This document shows, piece by piece, positions 1 through 11,685 of a stretch of 64,000 nucleotides of DNA. This DNA is from Torpedo marmorata (lineage: Eukaryota). The notes under the pieces are model-generated. The model searched no databases and had not been told where the DNA came from. It saw nothing but the letters and a program-made list of their open reading frames with translations. Position numbers and translations under genes: made by a program. Every line of letters begins with the position of its first letter. Positions within the stretch are counted from its first letter, which is position 1. Location of the stretch: contig OZ360246.1 of NCBI GenBank assembly GCA_977017645.1, positions 29,202,001 through 29,266,000 on the forward strand, read 5' to 3'.

Positions 1-269
1 CTCTAAATGATTTTTGTTCATGTGTTTTTGGGAAAACCACATTGAGTGTGTTCTTATTTGCAGCAGGCCTTTTACCACTGGGACCCTTGCTGCTCCCTTT
101 CAGAGGACATCTAGAATCAGAGACATGCTGTAGGCTTCAGTCACATGTGGCAGCTTTCACTTGCTTTGCCTGAAGCAATGAGTGAACCAGTTCTTAAATG
201 ACAACCTGGTAGCTTTCACACACGTGAGAGCATGCCCTACATCAAAGGTATGAACTCAAGAAAAGGAAA

Positions 270-742
270 ACACACAGAATTGCTGGAGGAACTCAGCCAG
301 TCTCGCAGCTTCCATAGGAGGTAAAGATATATTACCAACGTTTTGGGCCTGAGCCTTTCTTCAAGGAAGAACAGGAAGGCATAATAATAATTTAAAATTT
401 AGCCATACATCACGATAACAGGCCCTTTCGGCTCACGAGCTCGTGCCGCCCAATTACACCCAATTAACCTACAACCCCCGGAAGGGTGGGAGGAAACCGG
501 AGCCCCCGGGAAAAACCCATGCAGACACGGGGAGAACGTACAAACTCCTTACAGACAGCACGGTCCCGATCGCTGGCGCTATAACAGTGTTGAACTAACT
601 GTTACACTAACCGTGCCACCTGGAGACTGGAGACTGGCCGGGGGAGGGGTCCAGACCAACTAAAGGTGTTTATTAAATATGATAAGACGAGAGGTGAGAA
701 TTGAATTTGGCTCTATGAAAGGAAAAGAGGGAAAAGGGGTGG

Positions 743-780
<38 letters not shown>

Positions 781-942
781 GCTGGCGGAAAGACAACAGG
801 GGGGAGAAGAAGGGGGGGCATGGGGTTTAACGGAAACCAGAGAAGTAGATGTTAATGCCACCCAGTTGGAGGGTGCCCAGATGGAAGATGAGGTGTTGTT
901 CCTCCAATTTGCGGGTGATCTCAGTCTGGCAGTGCATGAGAC
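270..942 (-). mobile_element. Penelope-like element 3' fragment (GIY-YIG C-terminus plus pseudo-LTR), interrupted by a SINE
   Basis: Matches the 3' end of the PLE at 48446-48900; flanked by the 13-bp direct repeat caagaaaaggaaa (257-269, 943-955); degenerate hammerhead-like motif at about 335-366. Confidence 0.8.
387..620 (-). mobile_element. tRNA-derived V-SINE (HE1-like) copy
   Basis: Reverse complement has the V-domain GGAGTTTGTACGTTCTCCCCGTGTCTGCATGGG and a CR1-like tail; same family as 8227-8486. Confidence 0.85.
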
Positions 943-1982
943 CAAGAAAAGGAAAGCCAATTGTTTCTGCAGTTTTTATTTAACCTTTATTTGCAACCAC
1001 TTGCCCAAATTGTGACCTTCCTCTAACAATCATTGCCCTCTGTTTAACCTCTGGGTCCCACCTATTCTACACTATGGCCCTAGAAGAATAAACTGCTCAA
1101 ATACCTGAGCAACAGAGGACTATAAGCACGCATCGTATGGTAGAACACACTCCAACTTAATAAGCCAGTGGCCTCTAACCTACCTTGAGCAATTTGGTTG
1201 CCTTAGCTCCACAACTGACCTGGGTGTCTTGGAATTAAAGATTAACCTGATGTGTGGAACAGTGGGTGGCAAGGGTCAAGGGGCATTAAAACAAATAGTT
1301 TTTGTTTTAACCACTTCCTTAAAGTACTTTTTGAGTTGCAAGAATATTGAGGATGGGAGAGGAGGAAATATTTAAATGACAGTTATCCAGGCACTAGCCA
1401 GATTACTCAAACCTCAGGATTCCAATGGAGGAGATATTCACTTGATTACTCCAGGTTGCAATTAAACCCACATGCAGTACTAAAGGTACTTGTGATAACC
1501 TCTCCCTCATTCATCAGATGAACTGTGTTGAGGATTCTAAGAAGAACATCTAGAATCTAGATGGTCAAACTTAGCTAAATGTGGTGATTTTAACTGTTTT
1601 TGTGAGGTTGTAAATCCGTTTTTGGTAGCAGGTAAGGACTAATATGACCACTGTATCTGCAGGAATATTTTGATACAATGCATCTTGGGAGAAAGGTACA
1701 AAAGTGTATCATTGATGCGTTACGTATGAAAAACAATAACATATTTTATAAATGGCAGGTGAATTGCTGGCAAACAACAGAAATAAAAGATTGAACTGAA
1801 ATATAAAAATCTCCAGCAATGTGTGGTCGAGTATAGCTTTGGACTACTACATTTGCTGTTCTGCAGGACAACATTGCAGAGCCCACGGCCACAGTAAGGC
1901 TGAATAATTACTGAGGCTTTCGACTTATTCCTGCTGTCACCCCAACGGGCTCCTTCAACAGCTCATCAGTACTCAGGCCTAC

Positions 1983-2149
1983 CTGGCAGGACTGACAATT
2001 AAGTTCAGCTCTTCAAAGAGATGTCGTCTGATAATGTGCTTGTTGCTGGGGATTCCTAGCGCTGTTGCCATGGCTTCTGAGTTAAAGGTCGGTTCAAGTA
2101 CGAGCACTGCACCATGGACACCGCTATTGAGAAGGTTGTCGGCATATTC
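1983..2149 (-). CDS. KAZN: Kazrin exon, end of SAM3 (EYADNLLNSGVHGAVLVLEPTFNSEAMATALGIPSNKHIIRRHLFEELNLIVSPA)
   Basis: Translation closely matches the kazrin long isoform as recalled; acceptor ctcctcag at 2150-2151, phase 0; donor AG|gtaggc at 1982, or read-through to TAG at 1981-1979. Confidence 0.92.
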
Positions 2150-2740
2150 CTGAGGAGAACAGAGAGCAAGGTCCAGGCTTAGATGAAGTGGTCAAAACAA
2201 TCCCCAGTCACAACCAAGAATAAAGTACATGGAAAGGGAAAGGCAAATATAAAGCCAACTCTTGCTTCATTCCATCATTAGCTAGTTCTGGTGGAGCATC
2301 CTTGGTTAGATGTGCAAGAGAAAATATTACATGCCAGTATTTCATTACGCCGAAGTGTACGTGAATGTCTTGGTATATTCCCCATCATTTCCAACACTTT
2401 GTGCAAGGCACAGGGGAATAATGGATCAGTTAATAGTCTAAACATCATGCTCGATTAACTGTTCCATTTTTGTTGTTTGTGGGATCTCCCAAGGTGCCAA
2501 TTAATTGTCACATCTACTTACACAGCTGCAATGACTCATGCCTGTGAAATTTCTTGGAGTGTGCCAAGGATGAGATGGATCTGCCAGAGGCTGTGGTGAG
2601 TGCGGTGTGAGAATGATCCATTAGATGACCAGTTGTTGCAGTGCAGGGTGGTTTGTTCTGTGCTGAATCCTCCAGAACTGCGTGAAACCAAGTTGGGCAA
2701 CCCGATTCCTTGATGGAGGCACAGGCTAAAGACAATAAAT

Positions 2741-3511
2741 CACCGTCTCATTCGCAATGGGGGAGCATAGGGTCCCAGGGTTGGCGCCAGAACAAGTCTT
2801 AGCGGGGGGCATTAGGGTAACCGCGGGGGGCACAATCTGACGCGCGAAAACTCGCTCAGCGGGGGGGGGGACGACTTACTATGTTAAATGCGGCGCCCCG
2901 GGGTCCGTAGGCCGTGCGCGGCCGTGTTTCTTCTTGTGCGCATGCGCTAGTGCCGGCTAGCGCACGTGCAATGGATTGGAGAACCGGGGCCTAGCGTCAC
3001 TAGTGGGCCCGGTTCTCCAATGCATTGCACGTGCGCCAGCCAGCACTAGCGCATGCGCACAAGAAGAAACATGGCTGCACACGGCCTACAGACCCCGGGA
3101 CGCCACATTTAACATGGTAATTGCCCCCTTTCTGCCCCTACACCCCCAAATGGAGGACAAATTAACGTCTGGCTCCAGGTGGCGCCGGACAGAGGGCAGA
3201 TTACTCAAAAGCCAGACTGTCCAGCCTAAAATCAGATGTCTGGCCACCCTAGCGTGGGTGGGGGGTTACAATACCTCGTTTGAGGGGGAATGCCCCCCCC
3301 CTTGGCGCCGACACTGTAGGGTCCCCCTGGGGGTCACAGCGCATTTAATGGGGGCACAAACTGAAATCATAAAATGTTTTTTATGTAGTTAGTAGGAGAG
3401 AAGTACAGAAGAAACCAACTAAATTTGACTGCTCCACAGGTGAGGGGGCGCATAAACTTTGAGCAGAGTCCTAAGGGGGGGCCATAGCTAAAAAAAGGTT
3501 GAGAATGGCTG
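2741..3511. mobile_element. Outer degenerate hAT (Charlie-like) non-autonomous element hosting a nested MITE
   Basis: Right end aaaaaaggttgagaatggctg resembles Charlie-type termini; left end is degenerate; split by the 2776-3316 insertion. Confidence 0.5.
2776..3316. mobile_element. hAT-family MITE with an internal ~245-bp palindrome
   Basis: Imperfect 14-bp TIR (CAGGGTTGGCGCCA / CAGTGTCGGCGCCA); perfect 8-bp TSD tagggtcc at 2768-2775 and 3317-3324; inverted arms at about 2876-2992 and 3003-3120. Confidence 0.85.
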
Positions 3512-3514
3512 GTC

Positions 3515-4129
3515 TATTCCTGGGTGTCAACATCTCCGAGGATCTGTCCTGGAGCCTCCACATTGATGCAATAACAAAGAAGGCTCGCCAGCGGCTATAC
3601 TTTGTGAGGTGTCTGAGGAGATTCGGTATGTCACCGAAGACCCTCGTAAACTTCTACAGGTGTACCGTGGAGAGCATTCTGGCTGGTTGCATCACTGCCT
3701 GGTATGGAGGCGCCAACACTCAGGACAAGAATAAACTCCATAGGGTTGTTAACTCGGCCTGTGACATCACAGGCACCAGACTTCACTCCATCGAGGACAT
3801 CTACACGAGGCGGTGTCTTAAAAAAGCAGCCTCTGTCCTCAAAGACCCCCACCACCCAGGCCATGACCTCTTCACTCTGCTACCATCGGGAAAAAGGTAC
3901 AGAAGCCTAAAGTCGAGCACTCAACGGCTCAAGGACAGTTTCTTCCCCACTGTCATCAGATTCCTGAATAATCAATGAACCAAAGACACTGCCTTACTTT
4001 TCGTGCACTATCATTTATATTTTTTTATAGTAATGTCGTAAGATGGTTATAATATGAATGTTTGCACTATGATGCTGCTGCAAAACACCGAATTTCATGA
4101 CTTGTTCATGACAATAAATTCTGATTCTG
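3515..4129 (+). mobile_element. Rex1/Babar-type LINE, 5'-truncated (ORF C-terminus plus 3' UTR)
   Basis: ORF 3499-3978 reads FLGVNISEDLSWSLH...KKARQRLYFVRCLRRFG...YRCTVESIL...HPGHDLFTLLPSGKRYRS...SFFP; tail tgacaataaattctgattctg. Confidence 0.88.
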
Positions 4130-4621
4130 GTGGAACCATGTGACAATGCCTGTTGCCAGGCACCTTTACTCAGTGAGTTGCAATGACTTTTGTTGGTAAA
4201 TAGGAACTCCAATTGACTAGATAGAGACAAAAGAGCACTGAGGTCTAAATCATCGGAATGGACCTTTCTGTGGAGCCATATGAGAGCCTCTCGTCGGCCT
4301 TTGACAGGTAGGACTCCCAAATTCACCTGAAAATTATCAGACTTCATGGCAGTGGGAGAGGGATAAGTAGAGTAGCTACTCTGTTTTGGTGTCACGTTTC
4401 TGAGCGTTGTGAGCTAATGGGCTGTTATCGAGATGTAAATCACCCTCCGCCCTTCAGCTTGAGGAGTGCACTGCTTATCCTGACAGAGGTATAAACACAT
4501 CCAACACTAAACGTCAAAGTGCAAAGTTCATGTGGACATGTTCCAAGTCTAACTTCGAATACTGGCCATCGCACTTTCCAGCCCTGCCCCTTGGGGAGAT
4601 GCATCAGCCAGCATCACCTAC

Positions 4622-4723
4622 CTTAAGGTCGATCTCTCGCACCCACTTTATGACTCGCTGGTTGGTCCAGACCAGAGGATCCACGTTGTGATTTTCACAC
4701 CAGGCTCTTCTTTCATGTAGAAT
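4622..4723 (-). CDS. KAZN: Kazrin exon, start of SAM3 (ILHERRAWCENHNVDPLVWTNQRVIKWVREIDLK)
   Basis: 102 nt, phase 0/0; acceptor ccattacag, donor AAG|gtagg; matches the kazrin DPVVWTNQRVLKWVRDIDLK motif. Confidence 0.93.
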
Positions 4724-5487
4724 CTGTAATGGAGCAGGTCATCTTCAGACTCCAAATGAACACTAAACATCGCCCCCCCCCCCCACCTCCACCACCTTCC
4801 CATCAGCCCAGTGCAATCTTATGGAGGTGATAAGATGGGGCAAGATTCTCTTTCCTACTGTGAAAGAAAACCATATAGGGAAGCACAACTTCTGCACTTG
4901 GGTTACAATGGGAGTTGGAACTCTCCCCTCAAGCACTGAGGACAAGCATTATCGCAGGGTTCATTGGAAACTTGAGGTTGATTAATTGATGTCAGGCATA
5001 GGCACAAGTGCTTTGCAACTGAGGCAGACATGTTACGCAAGAGATCAACCTGAAGGACAAGATAGTCCTGGGGCTGAATGGCCTATCTTTGTTCCTATCC
5101 TTGTCACTGGAGGCAGAGATATGGTACGAAAAGAAGCACAGAGCCATTAACTTCAGGAGGGATTGACGGTGGAACTGTGGTGAAGTAGAATGTTGACTTG
5201 TTTTATCTTCAAATGGGTTTCCAGGGCTCCCTGTCCACATTTCATGCTGCTGAGGTTGTGGAGTCTGGTCCACTTCCCGGCCAATTGGGGATCTAGAGGC
5301 CAGTGAGGAACTGTGGCCTGAGCTCGCAGCTCATTCCTGTATCCACACCAATCTTCAATTTTAATGCCATAAACAAGTGAAAGTAACCAGCAGCAAGTCA
5401 TCTGATGTACGATGATAAGTTCAGTACTTTGAGAAACGTGCAAAGCAGTCGAACCATCTCCCAACCATCATAAGGCCGTGGAACGTT

Positions 5488-5680
5488 CAAGTTCAAGTTT
5501 ATTATCATCCGATTGTACAAGTACAACCCGACGAAGCAGCAGACAGAACCTCGGTGCAAAAACATGCAAACACACAACCAAACATAACACACAGAGACAA
5601 GCTATACATATGCAGCACATATATACATATATATAAATAAATAAATATTGTTTAATAAATAGTGTAGTCTCAGAGGGTTA
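5488..5680 (-). mobile_element. 3' tail of a Rex1-like LINE
   Basis: Reverse complement matches the tail at 36890-37020 (gttgtacttgtacaatc...aataaacttgaacttgaa). Confidence 0.7.
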
Positions 5681-7179
5681 GTTGCCCTGATATTTGAAAT
5701 TACTATAACTCTGGGTGTTTATTCCCAGGTAGAATCCATGATCTTCCTTAACTCACCTAAAATCAACATATTCTCTTATTCAAAGCAAATCCTCTCTATT
5801 TTTACCACTGTCATCAAAGTGCCCAAATATTCCTTCATTCATTCAGGTACTCTGTCGTCAACACTGGCCATTCACTTCTGACCCTGTTCAGAATCAGGGC
5901 ACGGCATTTCTTTACACATCCACCCTGAAAGGATTGGGCTTTGACTGAACATCTAATGCAAAATGTACCAGCTTTGATTATACGTGGAGTATCTGGAGTG
6001 AGGATTTAACCCAAACCATCTGACCAAAGTGTGAAGGTGCTACCCACTGAGTTACTGTTTAACCCACATCCAAATCCCACCAAGTCCTCTACATTTCTGG
6101 GACCTGTCGTCACCCACACTCGCAAACAAGGGCAAACATTGTCTCTCCAAACAGGCGCCCAGATCTATCCTCAGTTTCTAGGATCCCAAGCGAGTTAAAG
6201 CAGTAAAATTCCACAGCTTCCTCTTCACATTAAAATTCAATTAAATTTCCAAGACCCAAAAACAAATACCGGTAGTTTCCCCTCCTTAATCTCTCAGCGT
6301 GGTTACACTGTTCTAACATGCCACTTGTCCCAGTGTGGAGACAGTGCTCGCAACACGAGAATCACAATGTTCAGAGTTGGCCAAGGAGATGCACAACAGT
6401 ATTCAGGGATTCAGATAAATTGATACAGGGAAATGATTCCATTGTGTGACTGATGAGCTGAAGGATTTATAACGATCACAGGACACAAAAGTTTATAGGT
6501 ATAAATCGCTGTTCCTTTTGCTTGTGTGGCACAGGAGTCAAGAGGAAGGGGTCTGCACAGGTCCAAACCAGAGCTGCGGCAGAGATACAACTGGCCTCAG
6601 TACACTGCTCCTCTCAGGACCAGTGGCCTGTGTGACGTAGTGTGGAGATAGAGATGAATAAAGAAGGGATCAGTATAGGCTATGATTTCAGCACTCCCAC
6701 CCATTATTCGGTTGAGAGTCCAGGTTATAAATTCAAGGGATTGGTTGGGTAAGTACTGTGGGCTCTGTGATTGTTCACCATGCCTTCTGGGAGGTGTTTG
6801 GGAGAAGGACTGTTTTACTCGGATACAGAACCATGGGGTACTAGAAGATGCTCTTCAGCCATCCTGTTTGGGCAGCTCTTTGAAAGAGCGATCCCTCGAA
6901 TAACATGGAGTATAAACAAGCCATTCACATCAATCTCCACCCCTGCTCATTAACGTCAGCAGCAGGCTTTCTTTTCCCTTCTCCCCCATGAGCATAACTG
7001 GATTACTCTCACGTTTAACAGCCTTGCAAATGTTTCTCCTTCAGCCAAGTTACCCAATTCCTGACTTAAAGTTATCATTGAACCTGCTTCCATCATCTTG
7101 CAGGATAAGGATCCAACAACATAACAAATGGCAAAGGTTTTATTCTCTTATCAGTGTTTCTTCGGCCAGGTACTCTATG

Positions 7180-7400
7180 TGCTCGCATGTGTGTGTACAT
7201 GCATGTGTGTGCTCATGTGCATATGTATGCATGTGTATATATTATGCAAGCATATCTGCGGGAAAACTGCGTGAGTTTGTGCGCGTGTGTGCGCACATGT
7301 GTGGAATATGGCGCGTGTTGTGTGAATGCATTATATGTGCCTGGGTATATAATAGTGTGTGTATGTGTGTTTTGCATGACTGTGAGAATGTGCGTGTGAG
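7180..7400. repeat. Degenerate (TG)/(CA)-rich microsatellite
   Basis: Alternating purine-pyrimidine tract just 3' of a KAZN donor. Confidence 0.85.
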
Positions 7401-7455
7401 TAAATGAAAATTTTTTGATAATTCTCAGTGATTCCCATTCACACACATTCCTTAC

Positions 7456-7687
7456 CTCTCTGTCAAAGTCCCACTGCCGAAACAACTCAATTCCAAGCAG
7501 CAGACTGATCTGGTGAAATCTCTTCGACACATTCAGATATTTTTCCAGATCCCGCTTGGTTAGTGAGTTCAGCATTCGGCCGTCAATGAGGTGGTTGTGG
7601 AAAGCCTGGGAATACTGCAGAAGGCCCACATCATTCAGCCATGCCTTAGCAACCCAGTGATGGTCCAGCTCGGAGGCCTTGGACAAC
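7456..7687 (-). CDS. KAZN: Kazrin exon, SAM2 (LSKASELDHHWVAKAWLNDVGLLQYSQAFHNHLIDGRMLNSLTKRDLEKYLNVSKRFHQISLLLGIELFRQWDFDRE)
   Basis: 232 nt, phase 2/0; acceptor ctccacag, donor GAG|gtaag; lies within ORF 7213-7686. Confidence 0.95.
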
Positions 7688-8226
7688 CTGTGGAGATAAT
7701 AACTATCTCAGACAGAACACTCGCAACACTGCTGCAGTCACCGGCAGAGGCAGAATCAGTCTGGTATTCACTGTCTCACACTTTCAAGGAGTTCAGTGAG
7801 CTTTACTGACCCTTCCAATTGGCGGCCTCCTTCAGAGATTATGGGCTAAGTGTCATCAGGGACTTGTGTGACCCACAATGCACTGCATGAGCAGCGCAGG
7901 AAATTATGTAAATTGCCATCCAGTGTCGACGTTCTCAATCCATTTCTGGGAAGGAGGGCTTGATGAGAACTACAGTGATGGTGTGAGGTGCGGGCGGGGG
8001 AGCTGCAGGTCAGTGGTACAACAAGTTGTTTCTTTTGTGAACCAAACCATGAAAGACTTATTCGCATCTAAGGATTTGGGTTAGAGAACAGTCCCAACCT
8101 CTGAACGGTAGGACAGGCTGGTGGGGTTAATTGGTCTCCCCCTCTTCCCATGTTTTAATGTCAGTAAATCATTCAAAAGTATTTATCTGTATTTATATTA
8201 AATCATATATTTAATAAAATATATAC

Positions 8227-8486
8227 GCGGCACGGTTGGCGTAGCTGTTAGTGCAACGCCTTTACAGCACCAGCGATTGGGACTGGGGTTCGAATCCCGC
8301 ACTGTCTGTAAGGAGTTTGTACGTTCTCCTTGTGTCTGCGTGGGTTTTCCCCGGGGGCTCCGGTTTTCTCCCACTGTTCGAAACATACCTGGGGTTTGTA
8401 GGTTAATTGGGTGTAAATTGGATGGCACGGACACTTGGGCCGAAATGGCCTGTTACCGTGCTGTATGTCTAAATAAATAAATAAAT
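8227..8486 (+). mobile_element. tRNA-derived V-SINE (HE1-like), near full length
   Basis: tRNA-like head with B box GGTTCGAATCCC, V-domain, CR1-like tail gggccgaaatggcctgttaccgtgctgtatgtc, and (TAAA)n end. Confidence 0.9.
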
Positions 8487-8924
8487 AGTATATATTTGAT
8501 TATTATGTGCCGTGTATTGTGGGTGTATATGTATGTGCACTGTGGACTGGAGAAACACTGTTTCATCTGGTTGTATTTAAACTTGTACTAAAATTGAGCC
8601 AGACTTTAATCAAAGGACCTGTCCCTTTTGGCACATCCCACAGCGCGGTACATGTTATGATGCAGGAAACATGACAGCCAATTTGCACACAGCAAATTCC
8701 CACAATCAACAATGTGATAATGACAATGTAATCAGATTTTTTTGTGTGTATGTGTGTGTAATGTGCCATCTGTTCAATCATCATAGCCCAGCAGGACACC
8801 AGCGATGAAGCAGGGAATCTGCCTGAAACTGGCTCTGAAGGCAGGCCATCTCAAGGATCTCACTGACCAAAGTAATGCAATTCATCTGCAGAAAGCATGG
8901 ACAAGTTTCCTGTTTCCTGAACTA

Positions 8925-9099
8925 AAAACAGACAGAAATGCTGGGAACTCAGCCGGTCTCGCAGCGTCCATTGGAGGTAATGATATATTACCAATGTTTT
9001 GGGCCTGACCCTTTCCTTGAAGAAGGGCTCAGGCCCAAAATGTCAGTAATATATATTTTTACTATAATCACAGCATCTGCAGAGTTTTGTGCTTCGCTC
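8925..9099. mobile_element. Fold-back Penelope pseudo-LTR derivative
   Basis: Two PLE ends in opposite orientation meeting at ttttgggcctgaccctttccttgaagaagggctcaggcccaaaa. Confidence 0.7.
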
Positions 9100-9327
9100 C
9101 TGTTTCTTGTACAGCTGGGACCCACCAATTGGGCTTTGCATAACAGGCACCTGGTCCTCTAGCTCCACTCCACAGTTTAACGCTCTTCATCTCGACCTCC
9201 AGTGGACCTGTGTTTGCTCTAACTCCACATAAATGCCACAGGCATGGTCAGCTCGTACCCCCATCCTTCGCAGGACCCTGAGTTGCCTGGCTGAGGTTCA
9301 CAGCGTTACCTCAAGGACTCTGCTCAC

Positions 9328-9446
9328 CCCTTTCCACACTCAGCCTCTCGATAGTCCTCGATCGCCAGCCGCAGCTTCCGTCGGTGCATCGAGCTGTTCA
9401 CTCCCAGGCCCACTTCCAAATCTTCATCGTTCAGGCTCAATAAGAC
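9328..9446 (-). CDS. KAZN: Kazrin exon, second half of SAM1 (VLLSLNDEDLEVGLGVNSSMHRRKLRLAIEDYREAECGK)
   Basis: 119 nt, phase 0/2; acceptor ctttctgccacag, donor GG|gtgag; contains HRRKLRLAIE, typical of kazrin/liprin SAM1. Confidence 0.95.
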
Positions 9447-9504
9447 CTGTGGCAGAAAGGAGAGAGCTTCAGGAAAAAGTGAATTGAACTTCAGTTTGGA
9501 TTAA

Positions 9505-9990
9505 GCAGGGACTGGAGTGGGACAATAGTCCGGAGTGGAATCTGGACTGGAGTAGGACAATAGTCTGGAGTGGAGTCTAGACTGGAGTGGGACAATAGTC
9601 CGGAGTGGAATCTGGACTGGAGTGGGAAAAAAGTCCGGAGTGAAGTTTGGACTGGATCATGGACAGTCATCCAGTGTGGAGTCTGGACTGGATCATGGTC
9701 CGCAATCCAGAGTGGAGTCAGGACTGGACTACAGATAGTGATAAGGAGTGGAGTCTGGACTGCATTATGGACAGTGACTGGAGTGGAGTCTGGACTAGAT
9801 CATGGACAGTGATCGGGAGTGGAGTCTGGACTGGATCATGGACAGTGGTTTGGAGTGGTTTGTACAGAAGTCCAGACCACATCCTAGTCGGTGGTCTGGA
9901 CCAATAATGAAAAGCAGACGAGTGGGGTCTGGACAGAAATCTGGATGGGTTCGTGGACAGTGGTTGGAATAGAGCCCGTGCTGGAGTCTC
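9505..9990. repeat. Degenerate ~32-bp minisatellite (ggagtggagtctggactggatcatggacagt...)
   Basis: Visible periodic repeat starting about 60 nt from the KAZN acceptor at 9447. Confidence 0.85.
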
Positions 9991-10638
9991 GCTGGAACAT
10001 GGACTGGGTTTAAATGTTTTATATAAAATTTTAAATCACAAAATACATAAGGCAAAATATAAAATTATCAAAGAACATGGACTGGGTTGAGCAGTGGAAG
10101 CCAATGTTCAAGTTTAGGTTATGAGATGGAACCTGAGCTTCAGATCTGGTAGATCGGTGAGATTTAGAGTGTGAGCCCATGAAAATCTGTTATTAAAATG
10201 GAATGAGGAGGGAATTTAGTTAATGAATTGATCCAAATAACCCTGCTGGATTGGGGAAACAGCTCATCTAAGTTGAAGAGTTGGAACAGTGACATTCAGC
10301 ACATTAGATAAAATACAGCAATGGGATTCTTGATTCTATTCCTCAGCCTGCCTGAGAGTATTGAGACTTTTTCAAAGGAACAAGGAATGCCAAGATGTGA
10401 CTAAACATTATTGATGGACTGGACTCTGCATGCAAGGTACTAAGGTGTGAAGACAGACATATGGATTAAAAGATGGTGTCCGAACCTCAGATCCTTGCCA
10501 CAGTCCTGGATGCAGGGCTGGGTTTGCCCACTTCACTTCTGTCACTGGCAGCTGAAGTGCCCTTCCCCTCTCCAGCAGATGGCTTCCCTGCTGTGGACTC
10601 CGACTGTTCCGTCTCCTCCATATTGTCACGATGAAGTA

Positions 10639-11164
10639 CGTATATACTCGTGTAAAAGTAGAATTTTGTAGATCAATATTTAACGTTAAATTTATGGGGT
10701 AAACTATTACATGGATACTACTTTTGACCGCGGTACGGATCTGCTTCGTTGAAGGCGTCGGGAGTTCCGATGGGTGGGCGGCCGAGGCGCGTGTCCACGT
10801 TTGAGGCGTCGAGAGCTCCAATGGGCGGGCGGCTGAGGTGCATGTCCACATTCGAGGTGTCGGGAGCTCCAATGGGCGGGCGGCTGAGGTGCATGTCCAC
10901 GTTCGAGGCGTCGGGAGCTCCAATGGGCAGGTGGTTGGGGCCGGTTGGGAAGTACACGGTCGGGAGCTCCGATGGGCGGGTGGCCTTGGCAGAGGTGCGA
11001 GTCCACATTCGAGGCGTCGGGAGCTCCGATGGGCGGGCGGCAAAGGCCAAATTGAGAGACGAGGGTCAACTTTTACATGAGATATATTATAAATTCCAGA
11101 TTTTTTGGCCAAAAATAGGGGGTCGACTGCTACATGGTGTCGACTTTTACACGAGTATATACGG
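10639..11164. mobile_element. Tc1/mariner-superfamily (Tc2/pogo-like) MITE with an internal ~51-bp GC-rich tandem repeat
   Basis: TIR (C)CGTATATACTCGTGTAAAAGT at both ends; TA flanks at 10637-38 and 11165-66; repeat units gaggcgtcgggagctccaatgggcgggcgg... at about 10750-11040. Confidence 0.85.
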
Positions 11165-11685
11165 TATATTAGTTAGATGCTGGTCAAGAACTCGCTAAAC
11201 TGGAGCAGTGCAGTGGGCCCACAATTATCTTATTCATGTGCCCACCTCTTGTTCCTGTGTTTCACCACTGAAGTCCTCTAGTGATTTGCATCTGGAAGAG
11301 GCTGGATCTGCAGCGCTGCAGACCAATTGGAAGGTGGGATTAGGCTGAGGAGCTCTTTTATGAACTGCATAAATGTGATGGGCCAACTGGCCTCTATGTG
11401 CTGTATAGTACAATACTCAGTCATTCATCATTTCTACGATCCATCCAGGTTCAAGGTGGAAACGTTTATTCAACATGTTATCAGACTTTAAATGGGTCTC
11501 TCATTAGTAAGAGATGATGATGCCCTTGCACTGTTTCAACTGCCCATCACAGGTCTTTGGGGGAATGAACCCTGCCATCCTAACGTGGCCTGGATTTTTA
11601 TGGGACTCCAGGCATTTGGCTCTAAGCTAATAGTTGTGAATGACTAAGAAAGTAATCAGTTCAAGGGACAATCAGGGTTGGACAA

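Noticed and set aside
3170-3186. CTCF-like motifs here and at about 47728-47742
   Set aside because: Imperfect matches inside transposon remnants; not supportable without binding data.
10408-11198. Overlapping repetitive ORFs up to 234 aa
   Set aside because: They arise from the GC-rich tandem repeat inside a TA-flanked MITE and show no transposase motifs.
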